A stretch of DNA of 58,601 nt, from the NCBI GenBank assembly GCA_036626215.1, contig JAZKSG010000003.1:1-58601 (forward strand), read 5' to 3'. A program made the position numbers and the translations under genes. The stretch is from Thermoplasmatota archaeon (GTDB taxonomy: Archaea; Thermoplasmatota; E2; DHVEG-1). The notes below the pieces were generated by a model that worked only from the letters and a program-made list of their open reading frames with translations, made no database searches and had not been told where the DNA came from. Shown here piece after piece: positions 18,760 through 28,697 of this stretch (the first letter of the stretch is position 1; the number at the start of each line of letters is the position of its first letter).

Positions 18760-19149
18760 ATGTTGAATGATCCACTGGCAAACGCTTTATCCCTTATGAA
18801 AAACGCTGAGCTTACAGGTAGAGGAGAATGTGTAATCCAACCTTCATCTAAGCTTATAGGCGGCGTATTAAATCTCCTTAAAGAAAAAGGATACATAAAC
18901 GAGTTTGAATTTATAGAAGATCGTAAAGCAGGTCAGTTCAAAGTTAGACTCAAAGGCAATATAAACAACTGCGGAGTTATAAAACCACGTTATCCAGTTA
19001 AAAGAGAGGATTTAGATAGATGGGAAGCCCGTTATCTACCCGCTCAAGATTTCGGGTTGCTCATAATGACTACTCCTCAAGGAATCATATCTCAAAACGA
19101 AGCTAAAGAAAAAGGAATCGGAGGTAAACTCCTTGCGTATATTTACTAA
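18760..19149 (+). CDS. rps8: 30S ribosomal protein S8 (uS8)
   Basis: DPLANAL, INNCGVIKPR, IGGKLLAY. Confidence 0.98.
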   Translation: MLNDPLANALSLMKNAELTGRGECVIQPSSKLIGGVLNLLKEKGYINEFEFIEDRKAGQFKVRLKGNINNCGVIKPRYPVKREDLDRWEARYLPAQDFGLLIMTTPQGIISQNEAKEKGIGGKLLAYIY

Positions 19150-19179
19150 AAACGTTTACGGGAAGGTGAAATAGTAACC

Positions 19180-19728
19180 ATGACTAAAGTGGCAGAATTA
19201 AAAGAGGAAATAACCGTGCCAGAAAACGTTCAGATTGAAAAAGAAGATGACAAAATAACGGTTAAAAGCGACAAAGGTGAACTTTCACGTGTATTCACCC
19301 ATCCTAAAATCAACCTAAAAGTTGACAAAGAAAAAGTTGAGATAACTAGTAAAAACGTTAAGAAGAAAGAAAAAGCACTTTTGATTACATGGGCAACTCA
19401 TATCCGTAACATGATAAAAGGATTAACTGAAGGTTTTGAATACAAAATGAAAACAGTTTATTCACACTTTCCGATAAAAACTACTGTGGAAGACGATTAT
19501 CTTATCATCAAAAACTTTCTAGGTGAAAAATCTCCACGTAGAGCAAAAATTTTACCCGGTGTAACAGTAGAAAGTAAAGAAGATGATTTAACGATTAAAG
19601 GTATAGACCGAGAAAAAATTGGTCAAACCGCCGCTAACATAGAACGTGCAACTCGTGTTAAAAAAAGAGATATACGTGTCTACCAAGATGGTATCTATCT
19701 AGTTAGTAAAGGAAATAGGGGGAGCTAA
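19180..19728 (+). CDS. rpl6: 50S ribosomal protein L6 (uL6)
   Basis: YSHFP, NFLGEK, GQTAANIE, DIRVYQDGIY. Confidence 0.98.
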   Translation: MTKVAELKEEITVPENVQIEKEDDKITVKSDKGELSRVFTHPKINLKVDKEKVEITSKNVKKKEKALLITWATHIRNMIKGLTEGFEYKMKTVYSHFPIKTTVEDDYLIIKNFLGEKSPRRAKILPGVTVESKEDDLTIKGIDREKIGQTAANIERATRVKKRDIRVYQDGIYLVSKGNRGS

Positions 19729-19733
19729 AAAAG

Positions 19734-20468
19734 ATGGCAGAGAAACAAGATATTATAAAAAGACTAACTAACGTCAAAGGTATCGGTCAAAAAAAAGCAG
19801 AATCTATATATGAACAAGGTTTCACCTCCATTAAAAAGATTAGAGAATCCTCTATCGAAGATTTTACTGCTGTTGACGGCATCAGTAAAAAACTTGCTGA
19901 GGAAATAAAAGAACAATTCGGAGAGCCAACAGAAGAAGAGAAGAAAAAAGAAGAGGAAGAGAAACCTGAGAAGGAAGAAAAGGAAACCGAGGAACAAAAA
20001 ACTGAAGAAGAACCAAAAGTAGAAGATGAAGAAGTTGAAGAAGTAGAAACAGTTGAAGAGGAATACGAGGTTAAGAAAAAACCAGATTTACCAGAAGACG
20101 TTGAACATTTATTAAAAATCCGTAAGAATATAAAAAAATCTAAACCTACTCCTCGTAGACAGGAATCATTCCGTTATAAACGTCTGCCAGATAGCTGGCG
20201 TCGTCCTAAAGGTTTACATTCTAAAATGCGTACCAGCAGAAAATATCGCCCTAAACGAGTAAAAATAGGTTTCAGATCGCCTAAAGAAACCCGTGGTTTA
20301 CATCCTTCAGGTTTTGAAGAAGTAATGGTTCACAATGTTGATGATTTAGAAGATATAGATCCTAAACGTCAGGCTGCTCGTATCGGCCACACTGTAGGAA
20401 CAAGGAAACGTCTTAAGATAGAAGAAAAAGCTGAAGAAAAAGATATAAGAGTTTTAAATAAAAGCTAA
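19734..20468 (+). CDS. rpl32e: 50S ribosomal protein L32e with N-terminal HhH domain and acidic linker
   Basis: WRRPKGLHSK, GLHPSG, IGHTVG; N-terminal VKGIGQKKA..VDGIS. Confidence 0.96.
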   Translation: MAEKQDIIKRLTNVKGIGQKKAESIYEQGFTSIKKIRESSIEDFTAVDGISKKLAEEIKEQFGEPTEEEKKKEEEEKPEKEEKETEEQKTEEEPKVEDEEVEEVETVEEEYEVKKKPDLPEDVEHLLKIRKNIKKSKPTPRRQESFRYKRLPDSWRRPKGLHSKMRTSRKYRPKRVKIGFRSPKETRGLHPSGFEEVMVHNVDDLEDIDPKRQAARIGHTVGTRKRLKIEEKAEEKDIRVLNKS

Positions 20469-20492
20469 ATCAATAATTAAGGTGTATATTTG

Positions 20493-20963
20493 ATGACTGA
20501 TTTAAGGAATCAACGACGTATGGCTGCTCAACTGCTTAAATGCGGGGAAAAACGTGTATGGTTGGACCTCGATAGAGCTGATGAAATAGCGAAAGCTGTA
20601 ACTAAAGACGATATAAGAGTGCTGATAGAGGGTGAAGCTATAAAGAAAAAACAGAAACAAGGTGTTTCACGTGGACGCGGTAGACATCTCGCTGAGCAGA
20701 AGAAAAAAGGCCGTAGAACCGGGGCAGGAAAACGAAAAGGAGCCAAATATGCTCGTTTACCTCATAAAGAACGATGGATGACCACTATCCGTGCATTACG
20801 TAGATATCTTAAAAAGTTAAGAGACGAAGGAAAAATCGACCGTAGTGTATATAGACAATACTATCGTAAAGCAAAAGGTGGAGAATTCCGTAGTAAAAAC
20901 CATCTTAAAACCCGGCTTGAAGCAGAAGATTTAATAAAAGAAGAAGATAAGGAGGAAAAGTGA
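20493..20963 (+). CDS. rpl19e: 50S ribosomal protein L19e
   Basis: QRRMAA.LLKCG..RVW, G.GKRKG, YRKAKGG. Confidence 0.97.
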   Translation: MTDLRNQRRMAAQLLKCGEKRVWLDLDRADEIAKAVTKDDIRVLIEGEAIKKKQKQGVSRGRGRHLAEQKKKGRRTGAGKRKGAKYARLPHKERWMTTIRALRRYLKKLRDEGKIDRSVYRQYYRKAKGGEFRSKNHLKTRLEAEDLIKEEDKEEK

Positions 20964-20967
20964 TACT

Positions 20968-21480
20968 ATGGGACAAGGACCTCGTTACCCTGTGAAACCA
21001 AGACGGCGTAGAGAAGGAAGAACAGATTACCATAAACGTTTAAATCTTCTTAAATCAGGTAAACCCCGTCTAGTAGTAAGAAAATCTTTGAACCACATGA
21101 GGGCACAGTTTATAATTTATGATGAAAAAGGAGATAACGTTGTAGCATCTGGTTTCTCTAAAGAACTAGAAAACAACATGGGGTGGAAATACTCTACATC
21201 TTCTACACCAGCTGCCTACTTAACCGGTTTGTTAGCAGGTAAAAGAGCTCTAGACCAAGGGATAAAAGAATGTGTATTAGACATTGGACGTTACCGTCCA
21301 GTTACTGGATCCAGAATTTTCGCTGTGCTAAAAGGTGCTTTAGATGCAGGTGTAGAATGTCCCCACGGAGAAGAAAAACTTCCCGCTGAAGAACGTATTC
21401 TCGGTGAACATATGAAAGAAGATAAAGTTAAAAATGATGTAAAAAAAATCAAGGAAACAATTTTAGGAGGTAAACAATGA
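20968..21480 (+). CDS. rpl18: 50S ribosomal protein L18 (uL18)
   Basis: [30 protein letters not shown]. Confidence 0.97.
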   Translation: MGQGPRYPVKPRRRREGRTDYHKRLNLLKSGKPRLVVRKSLNHMRAQFIIYDEKGDNVVASGFSKELENNMGWKYSTSSTPAAYLTGLLAGKRALDQGIKECVLDIGRYRPVTGSRIFAVLKGALDAGVECPHGEEKLPAEERILGEHMKEDKVKNDVKKIKETILGGKQ

Positions 21481-22208
21481 CTCCAAGGAGAAAAAAGAGA
21501 TCAAGAAAAGGAAACGTAGCTGTTTCATGGGAACCTAAAACCAAACTAGGGCGACTAGTTAAAAGCGGTGAAATAACATCGATGTCTGATGCTTTGAAAA
21601 CTGGTCTTCCAATCCGTGAATCTGAAATAGTTGATGTTTTGCTACCTGAGTTAGCCGACGAAGTCATTGATGTAAACATGGTTCAACGTATGACTGACTC
21701 TGGTAGAAGAGTAAAATTTGTGATAACTGTTGCAGTTGGAAACCATGACGGCTATATTGGTTTTGCACAATGTAAAGGTAAAGAAGTAGGATCTAGTATA
21801 CGGAAAGCTATAGACCGCGCAAAATTAAACATCATAGCTATCCGTAGAGGATGCGGCAGCTGGGAATGTGGCTGTCTAAAACCACATACAGTCCCATTTT
21901 CTATAAAAGGAAAAAGTGGAAGTGTAACCATAGAGTTGAAACCTGCTCCACAAGGTGTAGGTTTAGCGGTAGGGGACGTCGCTAAAAAAATATTGAACTT
22001 AGCAGGTATAAAAGATTGCTGGGCGTTTACCAAAGGGAAAACACGGACAACAGTAAACTATGCTAAAGCAGTGTTCAACGCTTTGATACAAAACGTGGAG
22101 ACAAGGATTAAATCAGAGGAAGCAAAAAAAATTGGGATCATAGAAGGCATTTCACCAGAGGAAAAAGAAGAGGAACAGCCTGCTATGCCACAACAAAAGG
22201 AGGGTTAA
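21477..22208 (+). CDS. rps5: 30S ribosomal protein S5 (uS5)
   Basis: [34 protein letters not shown]. Confidence 0.98.
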   Translation: MTPRRKKRSRKGNVAVSWEPKTKLGRLVKSGEITSMSDALKTGLPIRESEIVDVLLPELADEVIDVNMVQRMTDSGRRVKFVITVAVGNHDGYIGFAQCKGKEVGSSIRKAIDRAKLNIIAIRRGCGSWECGCLKPHTVPFSIKGKSGSVTIELKPAPQGVGLAVGDVAKKILNLAGIKDCWAFTKGKTRTTVNYAKAVFNALIQNVETRIKSEEAKKIGIIEGISPEEKEEEQPAMPQQKEG

Positions 22209-22215
22209 ACAAAAA

Positions 22216-22680
22216 ATGGTCTATGCAGCAGTACGAGTTAAAGGAAAAATAAATATTAAACCAGATACAAAGAAAACGTTACAACTTTTGAATCTCACCC
22301 GAGCTAACCACTGCGTAATATTACCCGAAAACAAAAAAATAAAAGGTATGCTTCAAACCGCTAAAGACTACATAACATGGGGTGAAATAAACCAAGACAT
22401 ACTTTCAAAAATGATACAAGAGAGAGGGCGACTAGAAGGAGATCAACCGGTAAACAAAGATCATCTAAAAAAAGAAACCAGCTATAAAGATGTAAAAAGC
22501 CTGGTAGAAGCTATAATAAAAGGAAAAACACAGTATAAGGAGATACCCTCTGTTAAACCTATTTTCCGTCTCAGCCCCCCTGAAAAAGGATATAGAAGCG
22601 TAAAAAAACCCTACAGTCTAAAAGGTTCACTAGGATACCGCGGTGAAAAGATCAACGATTTATTAGAAAGGATGATATAA
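22216..22680 (+). CDS. rpl30: 50S ribosomal protein L30 (uL30)
   Basis: KDYITWGE, FRLSPP.KG, GYRGEKINDLLERM. Confidence 0.97.
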   Translation: MVYAAVRVKGKINIKPDTKKTLQLLNLTRANHCVILPENKKIKGMLQTAKDYITWGEINQDILSKMIQERGRLEGDQPVNKDHLKKETSYKDVKSLVEAIIKGKTQYKEIPSVKPIFRLSPPEKGYRSVKKPYSLKGSLGYRGEKINDLLERMI

Positions 22681-22765
22681 AAAAATATTTTTCTCCGGCA
22701 AAAAGTTTTTATACAAATCGATCCTTAAATTTCCTAAAAAAAGAATGCTTAGAGAGGGGAAAAAA

Positions 22766-22969
22766 TTGGAGGAAACACTTTACAGTATAGAGATACATAA
22801 AAATGAGTCGGGAGGGTATGTTGGAAGACTTTTTTCAGATGCTGACGGCGTAAAAGAATTCGAAAACAAAAACATGGAGAAACTACTAAGGGATATGACT
22901 ATAGATATGCAGTTAGCATTAAACGAGTTTTCAACATGGAACAACAACTTCTATGATGAAAGCTACTAA
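22766..22969 (+). CDS. Small acidic hypothetical protein (paralog of 32384..32545)
   Basis: TTG start after GAGAGGGG SD (ORF track start 22745); predicted beta-beta-beta-alpha pattern. Confidence 0.7.
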   Translation: MEETLYSIEIHKNESGGYVGRLFSDADGVKEFENKNMEKLLRDMTIDMQLALNEFSTWNNNFYDESY

Positions 22970-23095
22970 AAAAACTACTCTATCTATATTTTTTTAAAAT
23001 AAAAAACGGTTTTTTAAGAGTAATCTTTTTAAACATCTCCGGTATTTGGTGTTTCCAACTGGTTAGCAAGAAAGAAAAACATTTGGTGTATAAAC

Positions 23096-23272
23096 TTGGA
23101 AAAATATACAAGATTCGAAAAAGCACGTATAGTTGGTGCAAGAGCTTTACAGATCTCAATGGGGGCTCCCCCACTGGTAAAAATACCTAAAGATATTACA
23201 TCTCCTTTAGATATATCTTTACATGAGTTCAAAGAAGATGCTATACCTATTACCGTAAAAAGGAAAGAATAA
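23096..23272 (+). CDS. rpoK: DNA-directed RNA polymerase subunit K (Rpo6; not in ORF track)
   Basis: Manual translation [35 protein letters not shown]; TTG start, GGTG SD. Confidence 0.95.
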   Translation: MEKYTRFEKARIVGARALQISMGAPPLVKIPKDITSPLDISLHEFKEDAIPITVKRKE

Positions 23273-23319
23273 AAGAGAAACTTTATCATAAAGATAAAAA
23301 AATGGTGGTCAGAACTTTT

Positions 23320-23970
23320 ATGGCTGAAAAAGAAGAACAAGTAAAAAAAGAGAAAACAGAAGAACAAGATGAAAACAAAGATATGATGATACCAGAGGAA
23401 ACCTACCTCACTTCAGGTGTACATATCGGCACCCGTCAGAAAACTTCAGATATACAAGAGTTTCTATACAAAGTTAGAAACGATGGACTCTACATTATTA
23501 ACATAGAAAAAACAGATGAAAGAATCAAAAAAGCAGCTAAACTAATAGCTAAATACAACCCAGAAAACATACTGGCTGTCTCTGTAAGATTATATGGACA
23601 AAAACCAGTTAGTACGATGTCAAAATATACAGGCATCAATACATTAGAAGGACGTTTCCAACCTGGTACACTCACCAACCCTAGCGGCGGAAACTTCCTA
23701 GAACCAGATATGGTTATAGTCACAGATCCATTAGCCGATCAACAAGCATTGCAAGAGGCAAAAAACGTAGGTATACCTGTAGTAGCTCTATGTGACTCAA
23801 ACAACCAGCTTAGATATGTGGATTTAGCTATACCTACCAACAACAAGGGGAGAAGAGCACTTGCTCTGGTATACTGGCTGCTAACTCGAGCTATACTCAA
23901 AGAACAAGGTAAAATAGAGTCTTATGATGACTTTGAACCCGAGATAGAAGATTTCGAAGCAGAGATATAA
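23320..23970 (+). CDS. rps2: 30S ribosomal protein S2 (uS2)
   Basis: GVHIGT, GRFQPGTLTNP, IPTNNKGRRAL. Confidence 0.98.
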   Translation: MAEKEEQVKKEKTEEQDENKDMMIPEETYLTSGVHIGTRQKTSDIQEFLYKVRNDGLYIINIEKTDERIKKAAKLIAKYNPENILAVSVRLYGQKPVSTMSKYTGINTLEGRFQPGTLTNPSGGNFLEPDMVIVTDPLADQQALQEAKNVGIPVVALCDSNNQLRYVDLAIPTNNKGRRALALVYWLLTRAILKEQGKIESYDDFEPEIEDFEAEI

Positions 23971-24098
23971 TTAAGTTTTCTTATCCAATATTTCAGTATT
24001 TAAAAAAACAGAAAACTTAAAACTTTTCTAAAAACTATAACCTATCTGTTTAAATTAACCCCCAGTCTACAGAAAGAAGTTATTGGAGAATAAACGCT

Positions 24099-25262
24099 TT
24101 GATAGAAAAAATAAATGACAATATAACTCTTGTGGGAACCGCCCATATTTCAGAGAGTAGCGTAGAGGAAGTTAAAAAAACTATAGAAAACGAGAAACCT
24201 GATGTGGTAGCTGTAGAACTATGTGAACAAAGATATAAAGCTCTAACAGAAAAAAAGAAATGGGAAAATACATCCATATCAGAACTATTAAAATCTAACA
24301 AAGCGTTTCTAATGTTGGCTCAAATTTTTTTGTCATCAATTCAACGTAAGCTAGGTAAAGAACATGGGGTTGAACCTGGATCAGAGATGGTAGCTGCTAT
24401 AGAATCAGCAGATGAATACAGCTTGGGGATATTGTTAGCCGATCGAGATATTACTATAACTCTAAAGAGAGCCTGGCGGAAAATGGGTTTTCTCGAAAAA
24501 ATCCGGCTTGTGTGGGAGTTACTGAAAGCATTAGTAGGTTTCGAAGAAGAGGAGATAGAGGAGTTAGACCTTGAAGAGATAATGCAGGAAGACGTTATAA
24601 CTAGTATGATGGAGGAATTCAGTCGGATAGCGCCAAGTGTCAGTCAGGTATTAATAACGGAGAGAGATCAATATCTTGCTAAAAAAATTAGAGAAAAAGC
24701 AGAAGAAGGAAAAAAAGTTGTAGCGGTTATAGGGGCAGGACATGTAAAAGGCGTAAAAAAACAGTTACGACAAGTTGATGACACAACAAATCTATCTGAG
24801 TTAGAGCATATACCTAAAAAAAGATTCCATTTTTTAAAACACATTGGATATATTATCCCTGTAGCGTTCGCAGCTATAATAATCTATATATTTATAACTG
24901 GAAGCTGGGAGAGAGCAGCTAATGCTCTCCTCTGGTGGTTTCTAATCAATGGCGCTCTCTCTGCAGTTGGAACTATTATAGCCCGGGCACATCCAGCCTC
25001 TATAGCCACAGCTTTTTTAGCAGCACCTATCACAAGTCTCAACCCTGCCGTTGCAGCAGGATGGATCGCAGGATATGTAGAATACAAATTCCATAAACCA
25101 CGAGTAAAAGACTTCAAAAGTTTAAGTAAAATAGAGAATATGACAGAGTTTTTTCAGAACAAAGTCATAAAACTTTTACTCGTTGTATCTTTGGCTAACC
25201 TTGGAAGCATGATAGGGACTTTTATAGCATTACCCTACATTTTAAGCCTGGGTTTCACCTAA
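24099..25262 (+). CDS. TraB/PrgY (pheromone shutdown) family membrane protein
   Basis: LVGTAHIS, VAVELC..R, PGSEM, DRDI..TL, ERD, GAGH, C-terminal TMs. Confidence 0.93.
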   Translation: MIEKINDNITLVGTAHISESSVEEVKKTIENEKPDVVAVELCEQRYKALTEKKKWENTSISELLKSNKAFLMLAQIFLSSIQRKLGKEHGVEPGSEMVAAIESADEYSLGILLADRDITITLKRAWRKMGFLEKIRLVWELLKALVGFEEEEIEELDLEEIMQEDVITSMMEEFSRIAPSVSQVLITERDQYLAKKIREKAEEGKKVVAVIGAGHVKGVKKQLRQVDDTTNLSELEHIPKKRFHFLKHIGYIIPVAFAAIIIYIFITGSWERAANALLWWFLINGALSAVGTIIARAHPASIATAFLAAPITSLNPAVAAGWIAGYVEYKFHKPRVKDFKSLSKIENMTEFFQNKVIKLLLVVSLANLGSMIGTFIALPYILSLGFT

Positions 25263-25332
25263 AACAAATTTTTTAAAACATTTTTTAAACCTAAAAACAT
25301 ATTCAACCTTAGATATCATAAAGAAAGATGGG

Positions 25333-26073
25333 TTGCAAACAAAGTTTATGAATGAAAAAAAAGTCTACAAGGATTTCAAAGACATCCCACCTCGGGAATA
25401 CATGTATTTTCCAAAAGGAACCGTTGAACCAAGTAAACTCGGTAGCTTCAGCCTACAGGAGATACAACAGCTCACCATCTCTATAGTAGTGTTATCAACA
25501 GCGTTTACCTTTGCTTTAACGGGTAACAACTTATTGACCGGTTTAAACGAAGGTTTTAATCTATCAAAACTGCCTATAGGATTCGTGATGTGTCTAACTG
25601 GAGTAATTACTGCTTTCTTTTTTCATGAAATAGCTCATAAAATTGTAGCCCAGAGACACATGTTATGGTCAGAATACAGATGGTATCCAAAAGGACTTTC
25701 CGCCGCGTTGTTACTCGGCTTATTGACACCTATCGTATTTGCCTCGCCAGGTGCAGTAATGTTCCGCGGAGGATCAAGAACACATGAAACCGGGCAGATA
25801 GCTATGGCTGGTCCGTTAGCTAACATATTAACTGCGGGGGTGACATTGTTTCTATATCTGTTTGTATTTGTAGAAGACACTCTTTTAGGGCAGATAACCG
25901 GATTTATATGTTTTATAAATACAGTTATAGCGTTTTTCAACTTACTTCCGTTGGGTCCACTAGATGGAATAAAAATAATAAAATGGAACCCTACAGTCTG
26001 GGCTATTATGCTGATAGTTTCCACTGGTTTTCTAATGGTTGTATGGCCAAAAATATTTACAATAACGCTATAA
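25333..26073 (+). CDS. M50 family (site-2) membrane zinc metalloprotease
   Basis: HEIAH, AGP..N, FNLLPLGPLDG. Confidence 0.92.
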   Translation: MQTKFMNEKKVYKDFKDIPPREYMYFPKGTVEPSKLGSFSLQEIQQLTISIVVLSTAFTFALTGNNLLTGLNEGFNLSKLPIGFVMCLTGVITAFFFHEIAHKIVAQRHMLWSEYRWYPKGLSAALLLGLLTPIVFASPGAVMFRGGSRTHETGQIAMAGPLANILTAGVTLFLYLFVFVEDTLLGQITGFICFINTVIAFFNLLPLGPLDGIKIIKWNPTVWAIMLIVSTGFLMVVWPKIFTITL

Positions 26074-26082
26074 AAACATGTT

Positions 26083-27591
26083 TTAGTACTTATTGAATCG
26101 TTCTCTCTGTTTTTGTTGTTCTCTAAGAATTCGTTCAATCGCTTTTTCTTTTTCACGTTTTTTATCTGATTTTTCTTCCTCCTTTTCAGATTCAGAGGTC
26201 TCCTCTTTTTCCTCGGTTTCTTCCTCCTCAGGTTCTTCTTTCTTCTCTTCTTCCGGCTCTTCCTCTTCTTCTGTTTCAGATGGAGGCTCTTCAACTTCTT
26301 CCTCTTCCTCTAACTCTTCAGATTCAAAAGTTGGTTCTTCTTCAGAAGTTTCTCTCTCTCCGATTGTCTCTTTGGTTTCTTCTTCCGCTGGTTTTTTGGA
26401 TAAAAACTCAGATATCCTACTTCTTTTTAACCATAGGAATGCTACAGCTAATAGAACAACAATTGTAGTCAAAGCTGTATTTACAATACTACCTGCAGAA
26501 ACATATACTCCTTCAGTAACCACCGACACTGTATTATTAAAAACTTTATCCTCCTGATAGACAGAGTAAGCACTAACTTTAATTGAATGAAGAGTTCCAG
26601 GATCATTAAATACTCTAGGGGTTCCAACAGTCACATAAACAGTTTTTTCTTCATATGGATCCAAAGTTACAGAGTTGGGTGCCGCTAAATCAAGATTACC
26701 CTCGTTTTCAGCTTCTACCTCAAAATTAAATGTATCTCTATGGCTACCTTTGTTTTTAATTTCGACAGGTATCTGTTTCATCTCATCTAAACCTAAACTA
26801 TATTTTTTTGTACTAGGTTTAACTTCTAAAAGATGAAAACGGTCTTCTCTAACAGTAAGATCAACATAAATACTTTCTTTATTAGTACCTTGTACATTTA
26901 GGAATGGTGTCCAAAAAGGCCATCCTACAGTAGCAAAATACAATTTTCCAGAAATTCCTTTTTGCATTTCAAACGCATTCTTAAGAAGATTATTTATAAC
27001 CTGGAATCGGGTAATATTTACCGTTAATGAAAACTGATCAGGAACCTCATAATCATCTGGAAACTGAGTTTCCAAGCGAAGATCCACCTTCATTTTTTTA
27101 CCATCTCCAGGTACTAAAATGTTATTTGGATAAAAATGATACTGTATAGCATCTTCAGGAATTCCTTCAGGTAGCTCGAGATCAAATGTATAATATTCCC
27201 TATCAGCTAAGGGCCACTTTGGTGGATTGGTCGTCCAATCGGTTTTATTTTCATTTAACATGCCTATTTCGATTACAGTATCATTAAGATATCTAAGATC
27301 AATATTGTTTGGAATAGCTTCAAAAAAAGCTGGCTCCTGAAGTCTAAAAATAATCCAAGGATATATTTTTGAAAGCATCATCGGCGACCCTATTCCGTTC
27401 TCCATCAACTTATAGGGAAAGCCAAATCTGAACATCATCAATGAATCAATTAATCTATTGGTTTCTGGATTATTTTCAACAGTAGTTTCTTCGGGATTTT
27501 CATCCTCAGGAGAAGCGGTAGTAGCTGGAACAAAAAAGTTGAAACATAATATCAACAGAATGATACATGTCAGAGCTTTTTTGTTAATCAT
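26083..27591 (-). CDS. Secreted membrane-anchored Ig-like (COG1470-like) surface protein with acidic cytoplasmic tail
   Basis: Signal peptide; VEIKNKGSHRDTF..VTLDP Ig-like repeat; TM; Glu-rich tail. Confidence 0.7.
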   Translation of the reverse strand: MINKKALTCIILLILCFNFFVPATTASPEDENPEETTVENNPETNRLIDSLMMFRFGFPYKLMENGIGSPMMLSKIYPWIIFRLQEPAFFEAIPNNIDLRYLNDTVIEIGMLNENKTDWTTNPPKWPLADREYYTFDLELPEGIPEDAIQYHFYPNNILVPGDGKKMKVDLRLETQFPDDYEVPDQFSLTVNITRFQVINNLLKNAFEMQKGISGKLYFATVGWPFWTPFLNVQGTNKESIYVDLTVREDRFHLLEVKPSTKKYSLGLDEMKQIPVEIKNKGSHRDTFNFEVEAENEGNLDLAAPNSVTLDPYEEKTVYVTVGTPRVFNDPGTLHSIKVSAYSVYQEDKVFNNTVSVVTEGVYVSAGSIVNTALTTIVVLLAVAFLWLKRSRISEFLSKKPAEEETKETIGERETSEEEPTFESEELEEEEEVEEPPSETEEEEEPEEEKKEEPEEEETEEKEETSESEKEEEKSDKKREKEKAIERILREQQKQRERFNKY

Positions 27592-28565
27592 TCTTCCCCC
27601 TCCTTACGTACAGTTTTGAATTTGATTTTCTTTCTATATCTGAATATCGAAATAACAGCTAATAGACCGAGCAGCAATGTAAAGGATCCAAAACCAGGTG
27701 TTGAGAATCCTTCACTCTGGACGATGAAGCTTAAGAAATAATCTTTTCCTTCCAGTGACTCATTTTTATAGTGGGAAGGGATCACTTTAACTTTGATTAT
27801 TCCTCTATCATTATGGAAACCAAAAGTCTTAGGGCCTCTTGCAGAGATAGTAACGTTTGATTCTAAGTCAACCTCTAAATCATCAGGTAGCTGTACTTTC
27901 CATCCTTCTGGTTTATCTACAACCATAAAAGAAATATCAGATATCGCATTACCTCTATTTTTAATATTTACCTCAAAATCAGCTATTTCACCGGCGACAA
28001 CCTTCTTCTTAGATTGTTTTGTATCTAATTCAAGCAGAGGGAGATAACCAGGGATAAATTGTATTTCATCAGTTATAGTCGCATTATTTATTGAACCAAT
28101 ACCGTTAACATCAACCTGAATTTTTATTGTTCCAACTGAAAGAGCATGTCCTCTTTCATTTATTGACAAAGCCAGCGAGGCATTATAGGTTGCGCCTCCT
28201 TTCTTAATATAGAACGTGGTTTTCTTTGGGGAAATAGTAGCAGTACAATAGTCTGGTTTTTCAACTATTTTTAAATCTACAAAAACACCTTCATCTTCAA
28301 GATAGGGCATCATTTCATCATCATAAGTACCAGAGACACTAAAATTCATGAAAATTGGAATGCTTTTACTTTGATCAACAGGCAACAGCAGATCATTAGC
28401 AACACTTTTATCATAACTGATTTTAACTATAGGTGTAAGTTCATAGGCATTACCTTTTTCAAAATCACCGATTGTAACAGCAGTTACAGAGCTAAAAGAA
28501 AAATTGAACAATATTAGAAGGAATAATATTAGGGAAATTAGTTGAACTTTTATATTAATCTTCAT
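27588..28565 (-). CDS. Secreted Ig-like surface protein with PGF-CTERM-like sorting signal
   Basis: Signal peptide; IKNRGNA..VVDKPEGW; C-terminal STPGF + TM + RYRKK. Confidence 0.75.
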   Translation of the reverse strand: MKINIKVQLISLILFLLILFNFSFSSVTAVTIGDFEKGNAYELTPIVKISYDKSVANDLLLPVDQSKSIPIFMNFSVSGTYDDEMMPYLEDEGVFVDLKIVEKPDYCTATISPKKTTFYIKKGGATYNASLALSINERGHALSVGTIKIQVDVNGIGSINNATITDEIQFIPGYLPLLELDTKQSKKKVVAGEIADFEVNIKNRGNAISDISFMVVDKPEGWKVQLPDDLEVDLESNVTISARGPKTFGFHNDRGIIKVKVIPSHYKNESLEGKDYFLSFIVQSEGFSTPGFGSFTLLLGLLAVISIFRYRKKIKFKTVRKEGEE

Positions 28566-28697
28566 TTTTGATACCTCTTGGTTGAATAAGATTCAATTCA
28601 ACGATAGATTGTATACTATATTTCTATATAGTTAGTATCCGGTGGCCAATATCCATAAAGGATAGAGAGAGGGTTTGAAAGTAAAAAAAGAGAAATA

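Noticed and set aside
22980-23367. Minus-strand ORFs 22980..23174 and 23029..23367
   Set aside because: Antisense to rpoK (23096..23272), which is unambiguous
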